From an uncultured Candidatus Saccharibacteria bacterium (GTDB taxonomy: Bacteria > Patescibacteriota > Minisyncoccia > Minisyncoccales > RBG-13-42-11), in NCBI GenBank assembly GCA_964467045.1, contig CAYXOH010000001.1, forward strand, positions 4,850-55,010: a stretch of DNA of 50,161 bases, read 5' to 3'. A model generated the notes under the pieces. The model had not been told where the DNA came from, did not search any database, and was given only the letters and a program-made list of their open reading frames with translations. Shown in pieces: positions 7,477-16,748 of this stretch (its first letter is position 1; each line of letters opens with the position of its first letter). A program made the position numbers and the translations under genes.

Positions 7477-9306
7477 TTATTCTACTGTTACGGACTTGGC
7501 AAGATTCCTTGGTTTATCTACGTCGCGCCCAAGCAATGTGGCCACATAATAAGCGAAGAGGTGTAAAGGAATAATGGCTAAAATTGGAGTTAGCATTTCT
7601 AAAGTTTTAGGAATATAAATTACATCGTCAGCTATCTTTTTTATTTCTTCGTTTCCTTGAGTAGCTATGGCAATAACCGGACCCTTTCTGGCTTTAATTT
7701 CCTGAATATTAGAGAACATTTTTTCATAAACCGAATCTGAAGGACAAACTGCCACAGTAGGAAAATTCTCATCTACCAAAGCAATAGGACCGTGTTTCAG
7801 TTCGCCTCCCCCGACTCCTTCAGCGTGCAAATAAGAGATCTCTTTTAATTTTAATGCCCCTTCCAAAGCAATGGAGTAGTTATATTTTCTGCCGATAAAC
7901 CAAAAGTTTTTAAAACCTTTGTATTTTTCAGCTATTTCCTTTATTTGGGGAGCTTGTTTCAGAACTTCTCGGGCCAAATCCGGTAATTTTTTAAGTTCAG
8001 AAATAATTCTTTTTCCGGTTATTAAAGACATTTCTCTTTGCCTCCCCAAATATACTGTTAATAATGCCAAAGAAGTTAATTGGCCAACAAATGCCTTGGT
8101 GGAAGCAACAGCAATTTCAGGACCTGAATAGATGTAAAAACCGGCATCGGTCTCTCTGGCTTGAGTTGAGCCTACAACGTTAGTAATTCCGATTGTTAAA
8201 TTTCCCTTCTTTTTAGCTTCTTTTAAGGAAGCCAGAGTATCGGCTGTTTCTCCAGATTGGGAAACAAAAATAACCGCAGTATCTTTACTTAAAATTGATT
8301 TTCGGCAACGGAACTCCGAACCAAAATCTACTTCAGTAGGAATACCAGCATATTCTTCAAACATATATCTGCTAACCTGCGTAGCATAACCTGCCGTACC
8401 ACAAGCAACCAGAACTAAACGGTTCATTTTTCTTAATCTATCTGACAGGCTATCTAAACTTCCCAATTTGACTGCTCCATCCTCTTCTAATAGTCTGCCC
8501 CTGATGGCATTTTCAATCGCTTCTGGTTCTTCCATTATTTCTTTTAACATAAAGTGCGGATATTCGCCCCTCTGAGCTTCTTCTAATTCCCATTCTATTT
8601 CCTCTGGCTGTTTTTCTTTGAGAATGGAAAAATTATCCGGTGTAACAGTGACTATTTCTCCATCATCAAGATAAATGACTTTTTTGGTATGAGCAATGAC
8701 AGCAGCCGGGTCAGAAGCAATTAAAAATTCATTTTCCCCTAAACCCAGAAGCAAGGGGCTGCCCAATTTAGCAGCAACAATTTTATTCGGGTCGTTCTTA
8801 GAAATGACAACCAAACCATAGGTTCCTTTAAGATGACCCAGGGCTTTTCTGACAGCTTCTTCCAAATTTCCTTGAAAAAATTTCTCAATGAGATGAACTA
8901 CTACTTCGGTATCAGTGTCTGAAGAAAATTGATGACCCTCCTTAAGCAATTCTTTTTTTAGCTCAACATAGTTTTCAATAATACCATTGTGAACTAAATA
9001 GATATTTTTTTGACAATCAAAATGGGGATGGGCATTATTTTCGGTAGCTTCGCCGTGCGTTGCCCAACGGGTATGCAAAATAATGGGGTTGGCAAAAGTG
9101 GCAGCATAATTATTATTTACCTTTTTTTCCAAATTAATAATTTTCCCTACTGCTTTCTGACAAATAATTTCTTTTTTATTTCTGTCCCAAAAAGCAAAAC
9201 CAGCGGAATCATAACCGCGATATTCCAATCTTTTTAGAGCTTCTAAGCCTAACTTAAGAGTATTTGGATTTTCTTTTTTTGAGATGTAGCCTACTATGCC
9301 ACACAT
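7477..9306 (-). CDS. glmS: Glutamine--fructose-6-phosphate aminotransferase
   Basis: 609 aa. MCGIVGY N-terminal nucleophile, two SIS domains, and the typical C-terminal ..LAKSVTVE. Confidence 0.95.
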   Translation of the reverse strand: MCGIVGYISKKENPNTLKLGLEALKRLEYRGYDSAGFAFWDRNKKEIICQKAVGKIINLEKKVNNNYAATFANPIILHTRWATHGEATENNAHPHFDCQKNIYLVHNGIIENYVELKKELLKEGHQFSSDTDTEVVVHLIEKFFQGNLEEAVRKALGHLKGTYGLVVISKNDPNKIVAAKLGSPLLLGLGENEFLIASDPAAVIAHTKKVIYLDDGEIVTVTPDNFSILKEKQPEEIEWELEEAQRGEYPHFMLKEIMEEPEAIENAIRGRLLEEDGAVKLGSLDSLSDRLRKMNRLVLVACGTAGYATQVSRYMFEEYAGIPTEVDFGSEFRCRKSILSKDTAVIFVSQSGETADTLASLKEAKKKGNLTIGITNVVGSTQARETDAGFYIYSGPEIAVASTKAFVGQLTSLALLTVYLGRQREMSLITGKRIISELKKLPDLAREVLKQAPQIKEIAEKYKGFKNFWFIGRKYNYSIALEGALKLKEISYLHAEGVGGGELKHGPIALVDENFPTVAVCPSDSVYEKMFSNIQEIKARKGPVIAIATQGNEEIKKIADDVIYIPKTLEMLTPILAIIPLHLFAYYVATLLGRDVDKPRNLAKSVTVE

Positions 9307-9315
9307 GTTTCTATG

Positions 9316-11712
9316 TTATATGACGATGTTGATTAGTTTACCGGGAACGAAGATAACTCTTTTGATTTTTTTGTCAGCTATCATATTTTTAATCTTTTCT
9401 CTGGAAATTACAAGGGTCTTAGCCTTTTCCTCGGAAAGATCGGCTTCAACTTTGATTTTGTCTCTAACCTTACCATTGACCTGAATAACTAAAGTTATTA
9501 TTTCTTCCTTGATTAATTTGGGATTATATTTCGGCCATTTTTGAAAAGCGATGCTTGCTTTCTGGCCCATTAATCTCCAGAGTTCTTCTGAAATATGGGG
9601 CGCTAAAGGATAAAGTAAGATTAACATATGTTCAAGTGCTTCTTTTCCAACGTTTTCTTTTCTTTCCTGACATAAATTAACAAATTCCATAAAAGCGGCT
9701 ACAGCGGTGTTAAATTTTGTTGCTTCCAAATCCCCATCTATTTTTTTGTTCAGTTTATGTATGGCTCTTAAAATTTCCGGACTGCTTTCCTTGTTTTTAA
9801 TACATTCAGAAATCAGTCTCCAAACTTTTTCCAAAAATCTATAAACTCCCCTTACTCCTTGGGTACTCCAGGTAATAGTTTCTCCAAAGGGCCCCATAAA
9901 CATTTCATAAACCCTTAAAGTGTCTGCTCCGTATTTATTGACAATTTCATCGGGGTTAATGACATTTCCGAAAGATTTTGACATCTTCCTTCCGTCTTCT
10001 GCTAAAACTATACCCTGAGATGTTCTTTTGGAATAAGGTTCTTTTTGAGGAACAACACCGAGATCAAAAAGGAACTTATAAATGAACCGGGAGTATAAAA
10101 GATGCAAAGTCGTATGCTCCATACCGCCATTGTACCAATCAACCGGCAACCAGTATTTTATTTTCTTTTTATCGGCTAAATCTTTATTATTATCAGGATC
10201 GGTATAGCGAAGGAAATACCAATTAGAACCTGCCCAATTGGGCATAGTATCTGTTTCTCTTTTAGCTTTGCCTCCACATTTGGGGCATTTGACATTAACC
10301 CAGTCAGAAACAGCAGCTAAGGGAGATTCACCAGTGCCGGTTGGCTGGTATTTCTCAACATAGGGAAGTTCTACCGACAAATCTTTTTCTGACACCGGCA
10401 CGGCGCCGCATTTCTGACAATGAATTATCGGAATTGGCTCTCCCCAATAATGCTGACGGGAAAAAACCCAGTCTCGCAGTTTATATTGAACTGTTTTTCT
10501 ACCAGAACCTTTTTTTTCAAGCCAACCTGTAATTTTTTCAATTGCTTCCTGAGAAGATAATCCGTTAAACTGGCCAGAATTAACCAACTTACCATAATCA
10601 ACAAAAGCGTCTCTAGAAAGATCACCACCAGAAATAACCTCCCTGGTTTCCAAACCATATTTTTTAGCAAAATCATAATCCCGATAATCGTGGGCCGGAA
10701 CTACCATGACAGCTCCTCCACCATAAGCAGATATCACATAATCCCCTACCCAAATTGGAACTTTCTCATTATTTATAGGATTTATGCAATAACCACCGGT
10801 AAAAACTCCGGTTTTCTCTTTTTCTAATTGTTCTCTTTCAAAATCGCTTTTCTTTTTAGCCTCAGCGATGTATTTTTCAACTTCTTCTTTTTGTTCTGGC
10901 TTAATTATTTTTTTAACCAAAGGGTGTTCTGGAGATATCACAACAGCCGTTACCCCAAACAGAGTATCAGTTCTGGTAGTAAAAACTTGAATTATATCTT
11001 CTGAATCTTTAAATTTGAAATCAATTTCGCTACCATAACTCTTACCAATCCAGTTTATCTGCTGGGCTTTTACTCTTTCTGGATAATCAACATCTTTCAA
11101 ATCATCAATCAACCTGTCAGCATAAGCTGTAATTTTCAGCATCCATTGTTTTAAGACTTTTTTCTCCGCTGGGGTACCACAGCGTTCGCAAGAACCTCCA
11201 ACCACTTCCTCATTAGCCAAACCAATCTTACAAGAGGGACACCAGTTTATCGGAATTTCAGCCTGATAGGCTAAACTCTTTTCAAAAAGTTTAAGAAAAA
11301 TCCACTGAGTCCATTTATAGTATTTAGGATCGGTCGTATTAATTTCTCTTGACCAATCAAAGGAAAGACCCAGGCTTTTAATTTGTCTCTTATAATTAGC
11401 AATATTTTTCTCAGTAGCTACTTGAGGGTGAATGCCGGTTCTGATAGCGTAGTTCTCTGTTGGCAATCCAAAAGCATCCCAGCCAATAGGAAATAAGACA
11501 TTGTAACCTTCCATTCTTTTTTTTCTAACTAGAGCATCTAAAGCAACGTAGGATCTCGCGTGACCAACATGAAGACCGTCTCCCGAAGGATAGGGAAACT
11601 CAATTAAGATGTATTTTTTTGGTTCTTTAGAAAAATCCTCTGCCCGAAACAATTTTTCTTTCTCCCAGTAACCCTGCCATTTTTTCTCAAACTCCTGTGG
11701 ATTATAGCTCAT
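9316..11712 (-). CDS. leuS: Leucine--tRNA ligase
   Basis: 798 aa. HVGH (HIGH) and KMSKS motifs, and a WDAFGLP editing-domain context. Confidence 0.95.
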   Translation of the reverse strand: MSYNPQEFEKKWQGYWEKEKLFRAEDFSKEPKKYILIEFPYPSGDGLHVGHARSYVALDALVRKKRMEGYNVLFPIGWDAFGLPTENYAIRTGIHPQVATEKNIANYKRQIKSLGLSFDWSREINTTDPKYYKWTQWIFLKLFEKSLAYQAEIPINWCPSCKIGLANEEVVGGSCERCGTPAEKKVLKQWMLKITAYADRLIDDLKDVDYPERVKAQQINWIGKSYGSEIDFKFKDSEDIIQVFTTRTDTLFGVTAVVISPEHPLVKKIIKPEQKEEVEKYIAEAKKKSDFEREQLEKEKTGVFTGGYCINPINNEKVPIWVGDYVISAYGGGAVMVVPAHDYRDYDFAKKYGLETREVISGGDLSRDAFVDYGKLVNSGQFNGLSSQEAIEKITGWLEKKGSGRKTVQYKLRDWVFSRQHYWGEPIPIIHCQKCGAVPVSEKDLSVELPYVEKYQPTGTGESPLAAVSDWVNVKCPKCGGKAKRETDTMPNWAGSNWYFLRYTDPDNNKDLADKKKIKYWLPVDWYNGGMEHTTLHLLYSRFIYKFLFDLGVVPQKEPYSKRTSQGIVLAEDGRKMSKSFGNVINPDEIVNKYGADTLRVYEMFMGPFGETITWSTQGVRGVYRFLEKVWRLISECIKNKESSPEILRAIHKLNKKIDGDLEATKFNTAVAAFMEFVNLCQERKENVGKEALEHMLILLYPLAPHISEELWRLMGQKASIAFQKWPKYNPKLIKEEIITLVIQVNGKVRDKIKVEADLSEEKAKTLVISREKIKNMIADKKIKRVIFVPGKLINIVI

Positions 11713-11739
11713 ATTGTTTTAATTTATTCTTAAAATATA

Positions 11740-12540
11740 TCAAACTTGAGCATTTTTTAAAGCTCCACAACACAAACAATTCCTCTGGTTTTTAATTTTA
11801 GGAATGGTATTTATGAGCAGCTTCCTGATATTTTCTACATTGGCCTTCATGGTTTGAATTACTGCTTCTGTATTAACAGGATGAGATTGCCAGGCGTCGT
11901 AATCGGTAACCATTGCCAAAGAAATATAACAAAGCTCAAGCTCTCTGGCTAAAATTGCCTCCGGGACTAAAGTCATTCCAATAACATCAGCAAACTTTCT
12001 GAAGAATTTTGACTCAGCTCGAGTAGAAAACCTGGGACCCTCAATGCACAAATAAGTTCCCTTTTGGTGAATTGAAATTTTCATTCGCTTGCCTTCTTTG
12101 TAGAATATTTTTCTCAATTCAGGACAAAAAGGATCTGCCAATGATACATGAATTGCTCCTTGATCGTAAAAAGTATAATCTCTCTTTCTGGTAAAATCTA
12201 AGAATTGCTCACAAATAACAATATCTCCTGGTTTAAAACTCTTTTTCAAAGAACCTACAGCGCCTATACCAATTATTCTTTCAATGCCTATTTTTCTTAA
12301 ACTCCAAATATTAGCCTTTTGAGGAACTTGATGGGGAGGAAGTTGATGCCTCTTTCCATGCCTGGCCAAAAATGCCACTTCTTTACCTAAAAAACTACCT
12401 ATTTCAATTGGGGCAGAAGGATAGCCAAAGGGAGTTTTAATTTTTATTTCTTTTTCTTTATTAAAAATTCCCGGATCGTAAATTCCGCTTCCTCCAATAA
12501 TTGCTATCCGAGGTTTAGATCTTAAATAATGTTTTGGCAT
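11740..12540 (-). CDS. mtnP: S-methyl-5'-thioadenosine phosphorylase
   Basis: 266 aa. IIGGSG, ARHG..H..PPH.V...ANIW and GMTLVPEAILARE motifs of the MTAP/PNP family. Confidence 0.85.
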   Translation of the reverse strand: MPKHYLRSKPRIAIIGGSGIYDPGIFNKEKEIKIKTPFGYPSAPIEIGSFLGKEVAFLARHGKRHQLPPHQVPQKANIWSLRKIGIERIIGIGAVGSLKKSFKPGDIVICEQFLDFTRKRDYTFYDQGAIHVSLADPFCPELRKIFYKEGKRMKISIHQKGTYLCIEGPRFSTRAESKFFRKFADVIGMTLVPEAILARELELCYISLAMVTDYDAWQSHPVNTEAVIQTMKANVENIRKLLINTIPKIKNQRNCLCCGALKNAQV

Positions 12541-13342
12541 TTTCAGTGGTTATTTTAGCTACTTTTTCATAACTCACTTTCTTTATTTCAGCAATTTCTT
12601 CAGCGATATATCTTACATAAACAGGTTCATTTCTCTTAACTCCAGCTGATGGAGGTGTTAAATATGGACAATCTGTTTCTATTAAAATTTTTTCTAAAGG
12701 CGTTTTTTGGATTATTTCTTTTAAATCTAATTTGTAGATAATTCCGTTGAAACCAAGATAAAAACCCATTTTCAGATATTCTCCTGCTTGCTCCCAAGTC
12801 CCGGTAAAACAATGAACCACTCCTCTAATTTTTGAAGTATTAAATTCTTTTATCGCTCCAATTAAATCATTGTGGGCCATCCGGCAGTGAAAAATAACCG
12901 GCAAATCAAGGTCTTTGGCCAACTTCAATTGATTTAAAAACGTTTCCTTTTGCTTTTCTTTAAACAGCTCTAACTTCTTTTTAGTTTTTGGCTTGTAATA
13001 ATAATCCAAACCAATCTCACCAATAGCTACTACTTTTTCGCTTTTTGCTAATTCTCTGTATTCTTCATAATTGAAATCTTCTTCCCTGGAATTAAAAGAG
13101 CTTTCTTCTTCATCAAATTTTATTTTCACTAAACCGGTATTTAAATGAATAGGGTGGAGACCTACGGCAGCATAAACGCCCTGAGAATACTTTTCTGTAA
13201 TCTCTACTGCTTTCTTGCTTGTCTCATACTGGGAACCTATATTTATCATCCAAACATCATTATCTAAGCTTTTCTTAATCACTTCATCAGCATCATTCTT
13301 ATACGCGCTGAAATTAACATGGGCATGGGTATCAATTAACAT
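12515..13342 (-). CDS. tatD: TatD-family metal-dependent hydrolase
   Basis: 275 aa. MLIDTHAHVNF start and the ETDCPYL motif near the C-terminus. Confidence 0.85.
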   Translation of the reverse strand: MLIDTHAHVNFSAYKNDADEVIKKSLDNDVWMINIGSQYETSKKAVEITEKYSQGVYAAVGLHPIHLNTGLVKIKFDEEESSFNSREEDFNYEEYRELAKSEKVVAIGEIGLDYYYKPKTKKKLELFKEKQKETFLNQLKLAKDLDLPVIFHCRMAHNDLIGAIKEFNTSKIRGVVHCFTGTWEQAGEYLKMGFYLGFNGIIYKLDLKEIIQKTPLEKILIETDCPYLTPPSAGVKRNEPVYVRYIAEEIAEIKKVSYEKVAKITTENAKTLFKI

Positions 13343-14769
13343 TAGATTCTCGGGAATAAAGGTTTACTTTTTTTAGTTTCCATTTGTTCTAATATTTTCT
13401 CTGAGGTTTCTGGTAAAAAGGGTTCTAATAATTTTGCTATTTCTGAAATAGCAAATAATAAATTACTGATAACTTCTTTTTGGTTTTTACCTTCTTCCCA
13501 GGGTCGCTCCTTTTCGATATAGCCATCACAAAAACTAATCAATTCCCAAATTAAAACCAAAACCTCATTAAATCTAAACTCATCTAACTCTTTTTTACAA
13601 TTTTTCCAAGTTTTATTTATTTTATTTTTAAATTCGTAATCTGGTTTAATTCGTAATTGGTAAGAAACTTTTTCTGCCATTGTTAATACTCTAGCTACTA
13701 AATTGCCAAGTCCAGAAGCTAAATCTGAGTTATATCTTCCTTTAAATTTCTGATAAGTAAAGTCCCCATCTTCGGTTGCTGGAATTTCTCTTAAAAGGAA
13801 ATATCTTACCGCATCAGTACCATATTTCTTTACTAATTCTACGGGACAAACTATATTGCCTAATGATTTGGACATTTTTTGACCAGCAAAAGTAATAAAG
13901 CCATGAACTAAGATATTTTTTGGTAAAGGAAGTTTTAAGGCAAAAAGGATAGCTGGCCAAAGTAAAATATGAAATCGAAAAATATCTTTTCCCAGACAAT
14001 GAACGTCAGCTGGCCAGAACTTTCGAAATTTAGCACTGTTTTTGGCGAAATCCAGGGCAGAAATATAATTTAACAAGGCTTCAAACCAAATGTAGATAGT
14101 CTGGCTATCATCGTCGGGAACTGGTATCCCCCATTTTAATTTTTCTTTTGAGCGAGAACAACTTATATCCTCCACTCCCTGGTCAATAAAGGCTAAAATC
14201 TCATTCTTTCTGCTTTCAGGAAAAATCTTAATCTCATCATTTTCTATTACCTTTTTAACTTTATCTGAATATTTTGAAAGTTTAAAAAAATAATTCTCTT
14301 CTTCAATAATCTCTGGTTTTTGCTGGTGATGAGGACATCTTCCATCAACCAAGTCTTTTTTCTTAATAAATGCTTCGCAGCCAACACAATAAAGGCCTTG
14401 GTACTTTTTTTCGTAAATATCGCCGTTGGCTTTTAATTCTGACCAAACCTTTCTCACCGTCGGCCAATGTCTTTTCTGGTCAGTAGTCCTGATAAAATCG
14501 TCATTTGAGAGATTTAAAACCTTCTTCAGCCTTTTATATTTACTGGAGAACTCATCACAAAATTCTTTTGGTTCTTTCTTGCATCCCTCTGCTGCTCTTA
14601 AGACTTTCTGACCATGTTCATCAGTTCCGGTCAAAAAGAAAACTTCCTCTCCTAAATTTCTGTGGTGGCGGGCTAAAATATCTGCCTGGACTAACTCCAA
14701 AGAAAAACCGATATGGGGCGGAGCGTTGGTATAAGCAATACTGGTTGTAATATAAAATTTCTTTGCCAT
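13342..14769 (-). CDS. metG: Methionine--tRNA ligase (short form, no C-terminal tRNA-binding appendix)
   Basis: 475 aa. PPHIGF (HIGH variant), CxxC knuckle region, and KMSKSLGN. The stop overlaps the tatD ATG by 1 nt. Confidence 0.95.
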   Translation of the reverse strand: MAKKFYITTSIAYTNAPPHIGFSLELVQADILARHHRNLGEEVFFLTGTDEHGQKVLRAAEGCKKEPKEFCDEFSSKYKRLKKVLNLSNDDFIRTTDQKRHWPTVRKVWSELKANGDIYEKKYQGLYCVGCEAFIKKKDLVDGRCPHHQQKPEIIEEENYFFKLSKYSDKVKKVIENDEIKIFPESRKNEILAFIDQGVEDISCSRSKEKLKWGIPVPDDDSQTIYIWFEALLNYISALDFAKNSAKFRKFWPADVHCLGKDIFRFHILLWPAILFALKLPLPKNILVHGFITFAGQKMSKSLGNIVCPVELVKKYGTDAVRYFLLREIPATEDGDFTYQKFKGRYNSDLASGLGNLVARVLTMAEKVSYQLRIKPDYEFKNKINKTWKNCKKELDEFRFNEVLVLIWELISFCDGYIEKERPWEEGKNQKEVISNLLFAISEIAKLLEPFLPETSEKILEQMETKKSKPLFPRI

Positions 14770-14774
14770 AATTT

Positions 14775-14797
14775 AAAAAAAGAGGGGGCACCTCTTT
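14775..14797 (-). terminator. Intrinsic terminator after rsmI
   Basis: The minus strand reads AAAGAGG-tgccc-CCTCTTT followed by TTTTAAAT. Confidence 0.55.
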
Positions 14798-14830
14798 CTA
14801 TTTTATCATAAAATTAGCTTGATTTAAATC

Positions 14831-15553
14831 TTATTTTTCTTTTTTAACAATGACCACAAATTCTCCTTTTATTTCTCCTGCTGGTATTTTTTTTATCACT
14901 TCCTCAATATTCCCGCGGTAAATCGTTTCAAACTTTTTAGTTAATTCACGACAAACAACAATTCTTAATTCTTTGTTCGCTGAGCGCAAGCGAGGCGGGA
15001 GATGAGGCGTAGCTTCAGCGACCTTAATTCCTAATTCGTTTAAGGTTTTGACTATTCTGTACGGAGATTCATAAAAAACAACCGGAAGTTTTGAATTAGC
15101 TATTTCTTCAAAAAACTTATTTCTTTTCTTTTTAACCGGCGGGAATCCCAAAAATGAAAATTTATCCATCGGAAAACCAGAAACACTGGCTGCCGCAATT
15201 ACAGCCGAGGCTCCGGGTAGGGGCACTACCTTCACCTGATTATTTAGTGACTCAATGACTTTTTCCACTAATTTTCCGCCGGGATCAGAAACTCCAGGAG
15301 TTCCAGCATCAGAAACCAAGGCTAAGTTTTTCCCCTCTTTTAAAATATTAATAATATATTCCACTTTCTTTAACTGGCTGTGTTCGTGATAACTTAAGGT
15401 TGGTTTTTTGATATTATAGTGATCCAGTAATTTTCTTGTTTCCCTGGTATCTTCGCATAAAATTAAATCAACCTCCTTTAAAACTTCTAATGCACGGAGG
15501 CTGACGTCTTTAAGGTTTCCGATTGGTGTAGCAACAATATAAAGCGCACTCAT
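14831..15553 (-). CDS. rsmI: 16S rRNA (cytidine1402-2'-O)-methyltransferase, with a short element-derived insertion
   Basis: 240 aa. LYIVATPIGNLKDVSLRA..LCEDTR signature and RELTKKFE. The extra peptide KVAEATPHLPPRLRSAN is encoded by the repeat at 14975-15023. Confidence 0.9.
   Translation of the reverse strand: MSALYIVATPIGNLKDVSLRALEVLKEVDLILCEDTRETRKLLDHYNIKKPTLSYHEHSQLKKVEYIINILKEGKNLALVSDAGTPGVSDPGGKLVEKVIESLNNQVKVVPLPGASAVIAAASVSGFPMDKFSFLGFPPVKKKRNKFFEEIANSKLPVVFYESPYRIVKTLNELGIKVAEATPHLPPRLRSANKELRIVVCRELTKKFETIYRGNIEEVIKKIPAGEIKGEFVVIVKKEK
14975..15023 (-). repeat. Two-hairpin element copy, in frame and sense inside rsmI
   Basis: The minus strand reads GGTCGCTGAAGCTACGCCTCATCTCCCGCCTCGCTTGCGCTCAGCGAAC. 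It aligns with the copy at 48001-48057. Confidence 0.8.
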
Positions 15554-16611
15554 AAGACCAGGGGTCTTTCTCTTTTTGGGGAAGGAGAAACAGAAGTTTC
15601 GTACTCTTTTCTTTTCTTTAAAAAGTCTCTTAAAAATTCAAATATTACTCCAGCTAAAGGAATAGCTAAAATTGCTCCTAAAATTCCCAAAAGCTTTCCG
15701 CCAATTGCTAAGGCCACCAACACTAAGACAGGCGGCAGGCCAACAAATCTTTTGGTCAAAACCGGAGTAATGATATTGCCTTCTATTTGCTGGATTAAGA
15801 TAAAAGCCACTAAAACAAAGAGAGCTTTCAACCAAGAATCCAAACCAACAAAAATAAAAGCAATAAGTCCGGCGATAATTGGCCCCAGAACAGGGATAAA
15901 ATCAAGGATTCCCGCTAAAATCGCCAAAATTAAAGCATACTTCACCTTAAACAGATAAAGAGTAAGAAATACAGCTAACCCAACAAAAATACAAACTAAA
16001 ACCCGTGAGCCAAACCAGCCAGCTACCTTAGCTCGAGAATTTTCCCAAAGAGATAAAACATATTTCTCATGCTTTTTTGGAGTCAAAAGCCCAATTACTC
16101 TTTCTGTTGCTTTTTCTTCTAAGGAAAGAAAGAGAGCAATGGCTAAAACAAAAATAGTTGAGCCAATTCCTCCGAAGATAACCGCTAAGGCATTTAATAT
16201 ATCAGAGGAGGCTTTTTGAAGGGTTCTCCCAAGAGCTTGGATAAAAGTATCCATACTTTCAAAAGCTTCTATTCCCAAGCCTTTTAATGACGGAGCAATT
16301 TTTTCAAAATACTGTGGGAAAAGCTGAGAAAATTGCTTAATTTCTATAACAAACATCGGAGCTATTGCATAAATAAGCAAAGATAAAATTCCAAATATTC
16401 CGATGTAAACAAAAATAACTGCTAATGCTTTGGGGATACGTAAACGACGAAGAAAATTAATAGCCGGCTCAAATAAAACAGAGATAATTAAAGCAAAAAG
16501 AACCCAAATTAAAATATCTCTGACTAAGAAAATAAGATAGAATCCCAGGAAAGCAAGGGCGATTTTGAAAATTGTTCCCCAGGAAACGTCTAAAACTCTG
16601 TCACCATTCAT
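15550..16611 (-). CDS. AI-2E family transporter (PerM/UPF0118)
   Basis: 353 aa, about 8 TM helices, with the DFIPVLGPIIAG motif typical of the family. 4-nt overlap with rsmI. Confidence 0.8.
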   Translation of the reverse strand: MNGDRVLDVSWGTIFKIALAFLGFYLIFLVRDILIWVLFALIISVLFEPAINFLRRLRIPKALAVIFVYIGIFGILSLLIYAIAPMFVIEIKQFSQLFPQYFEKIAPSLKGLGIEAFESMDTFIQALGRTLQKASSDILNALAVIFGGIGSTIFVLAIALFLSLEEKATERVIGLLTPKKHEKYVLSLWENSRAKVAGWFGSRVLVCIFVGLAVFLTLYLFKVKYALILAILAGILDFIPVLGPIIAGLIAFIFVGLDSWLKALFVLVAFILIQQIEGNIITPVLTKRFVGLPPVLVLVALAIGGKLLGILGAILAIPLAGVIFEFLRDFLKKRKEYETSVSPSPKRERPLVL

Positions 16612-16629
16612 ACGATTTTTTATTTATAA

Positions 16630-16683
16630 GTTCGATGAGATAAATCTCATCTCTCGTCTTAATTTATATTTTATCTCTCGAAC
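16630..16683 (+). repeat. Two-hairpin element copy (intergenic), bounded by an imperfect 11-12 bp inverted repeat
   Basis: GTTCGATGAGATAAATCTCATCTCTCGTC....ATCTCTCGAAC. The first hairpin is GATGAGAT/ATCTCATC. Confidence 0.7.
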
Positions 16684-16719
16684 GTCGAGATGAAATTTTA
16701 ATTTCATTGAGCAAACGAA
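16684..16719 (+). repeat. Short sub-type element (GTCGAGATGAAATT-tta-AATTTCATTGAG)
   Basis: Near-identical architecture to 50012-50052 (GTCGAAATGAAACT-ga-AGTTTCATTGAG). Confidence 0.65.
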
Positions 16720-16748
16720 TTATGGAAAAGAAGGTTTACCTTCTTTGA

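Noticed and set aside
9307-9315. I looked for a glmS ribozyme upstream of glmS and for T-box leaders upstream of leuS, metG, glyQS, ileS and argS.
   Set aside because: The upstream spacers are only 8-60 nt (9 nt for glmS, 8 nt for ileS), too short for these roughly 170-250 nt RNAs.
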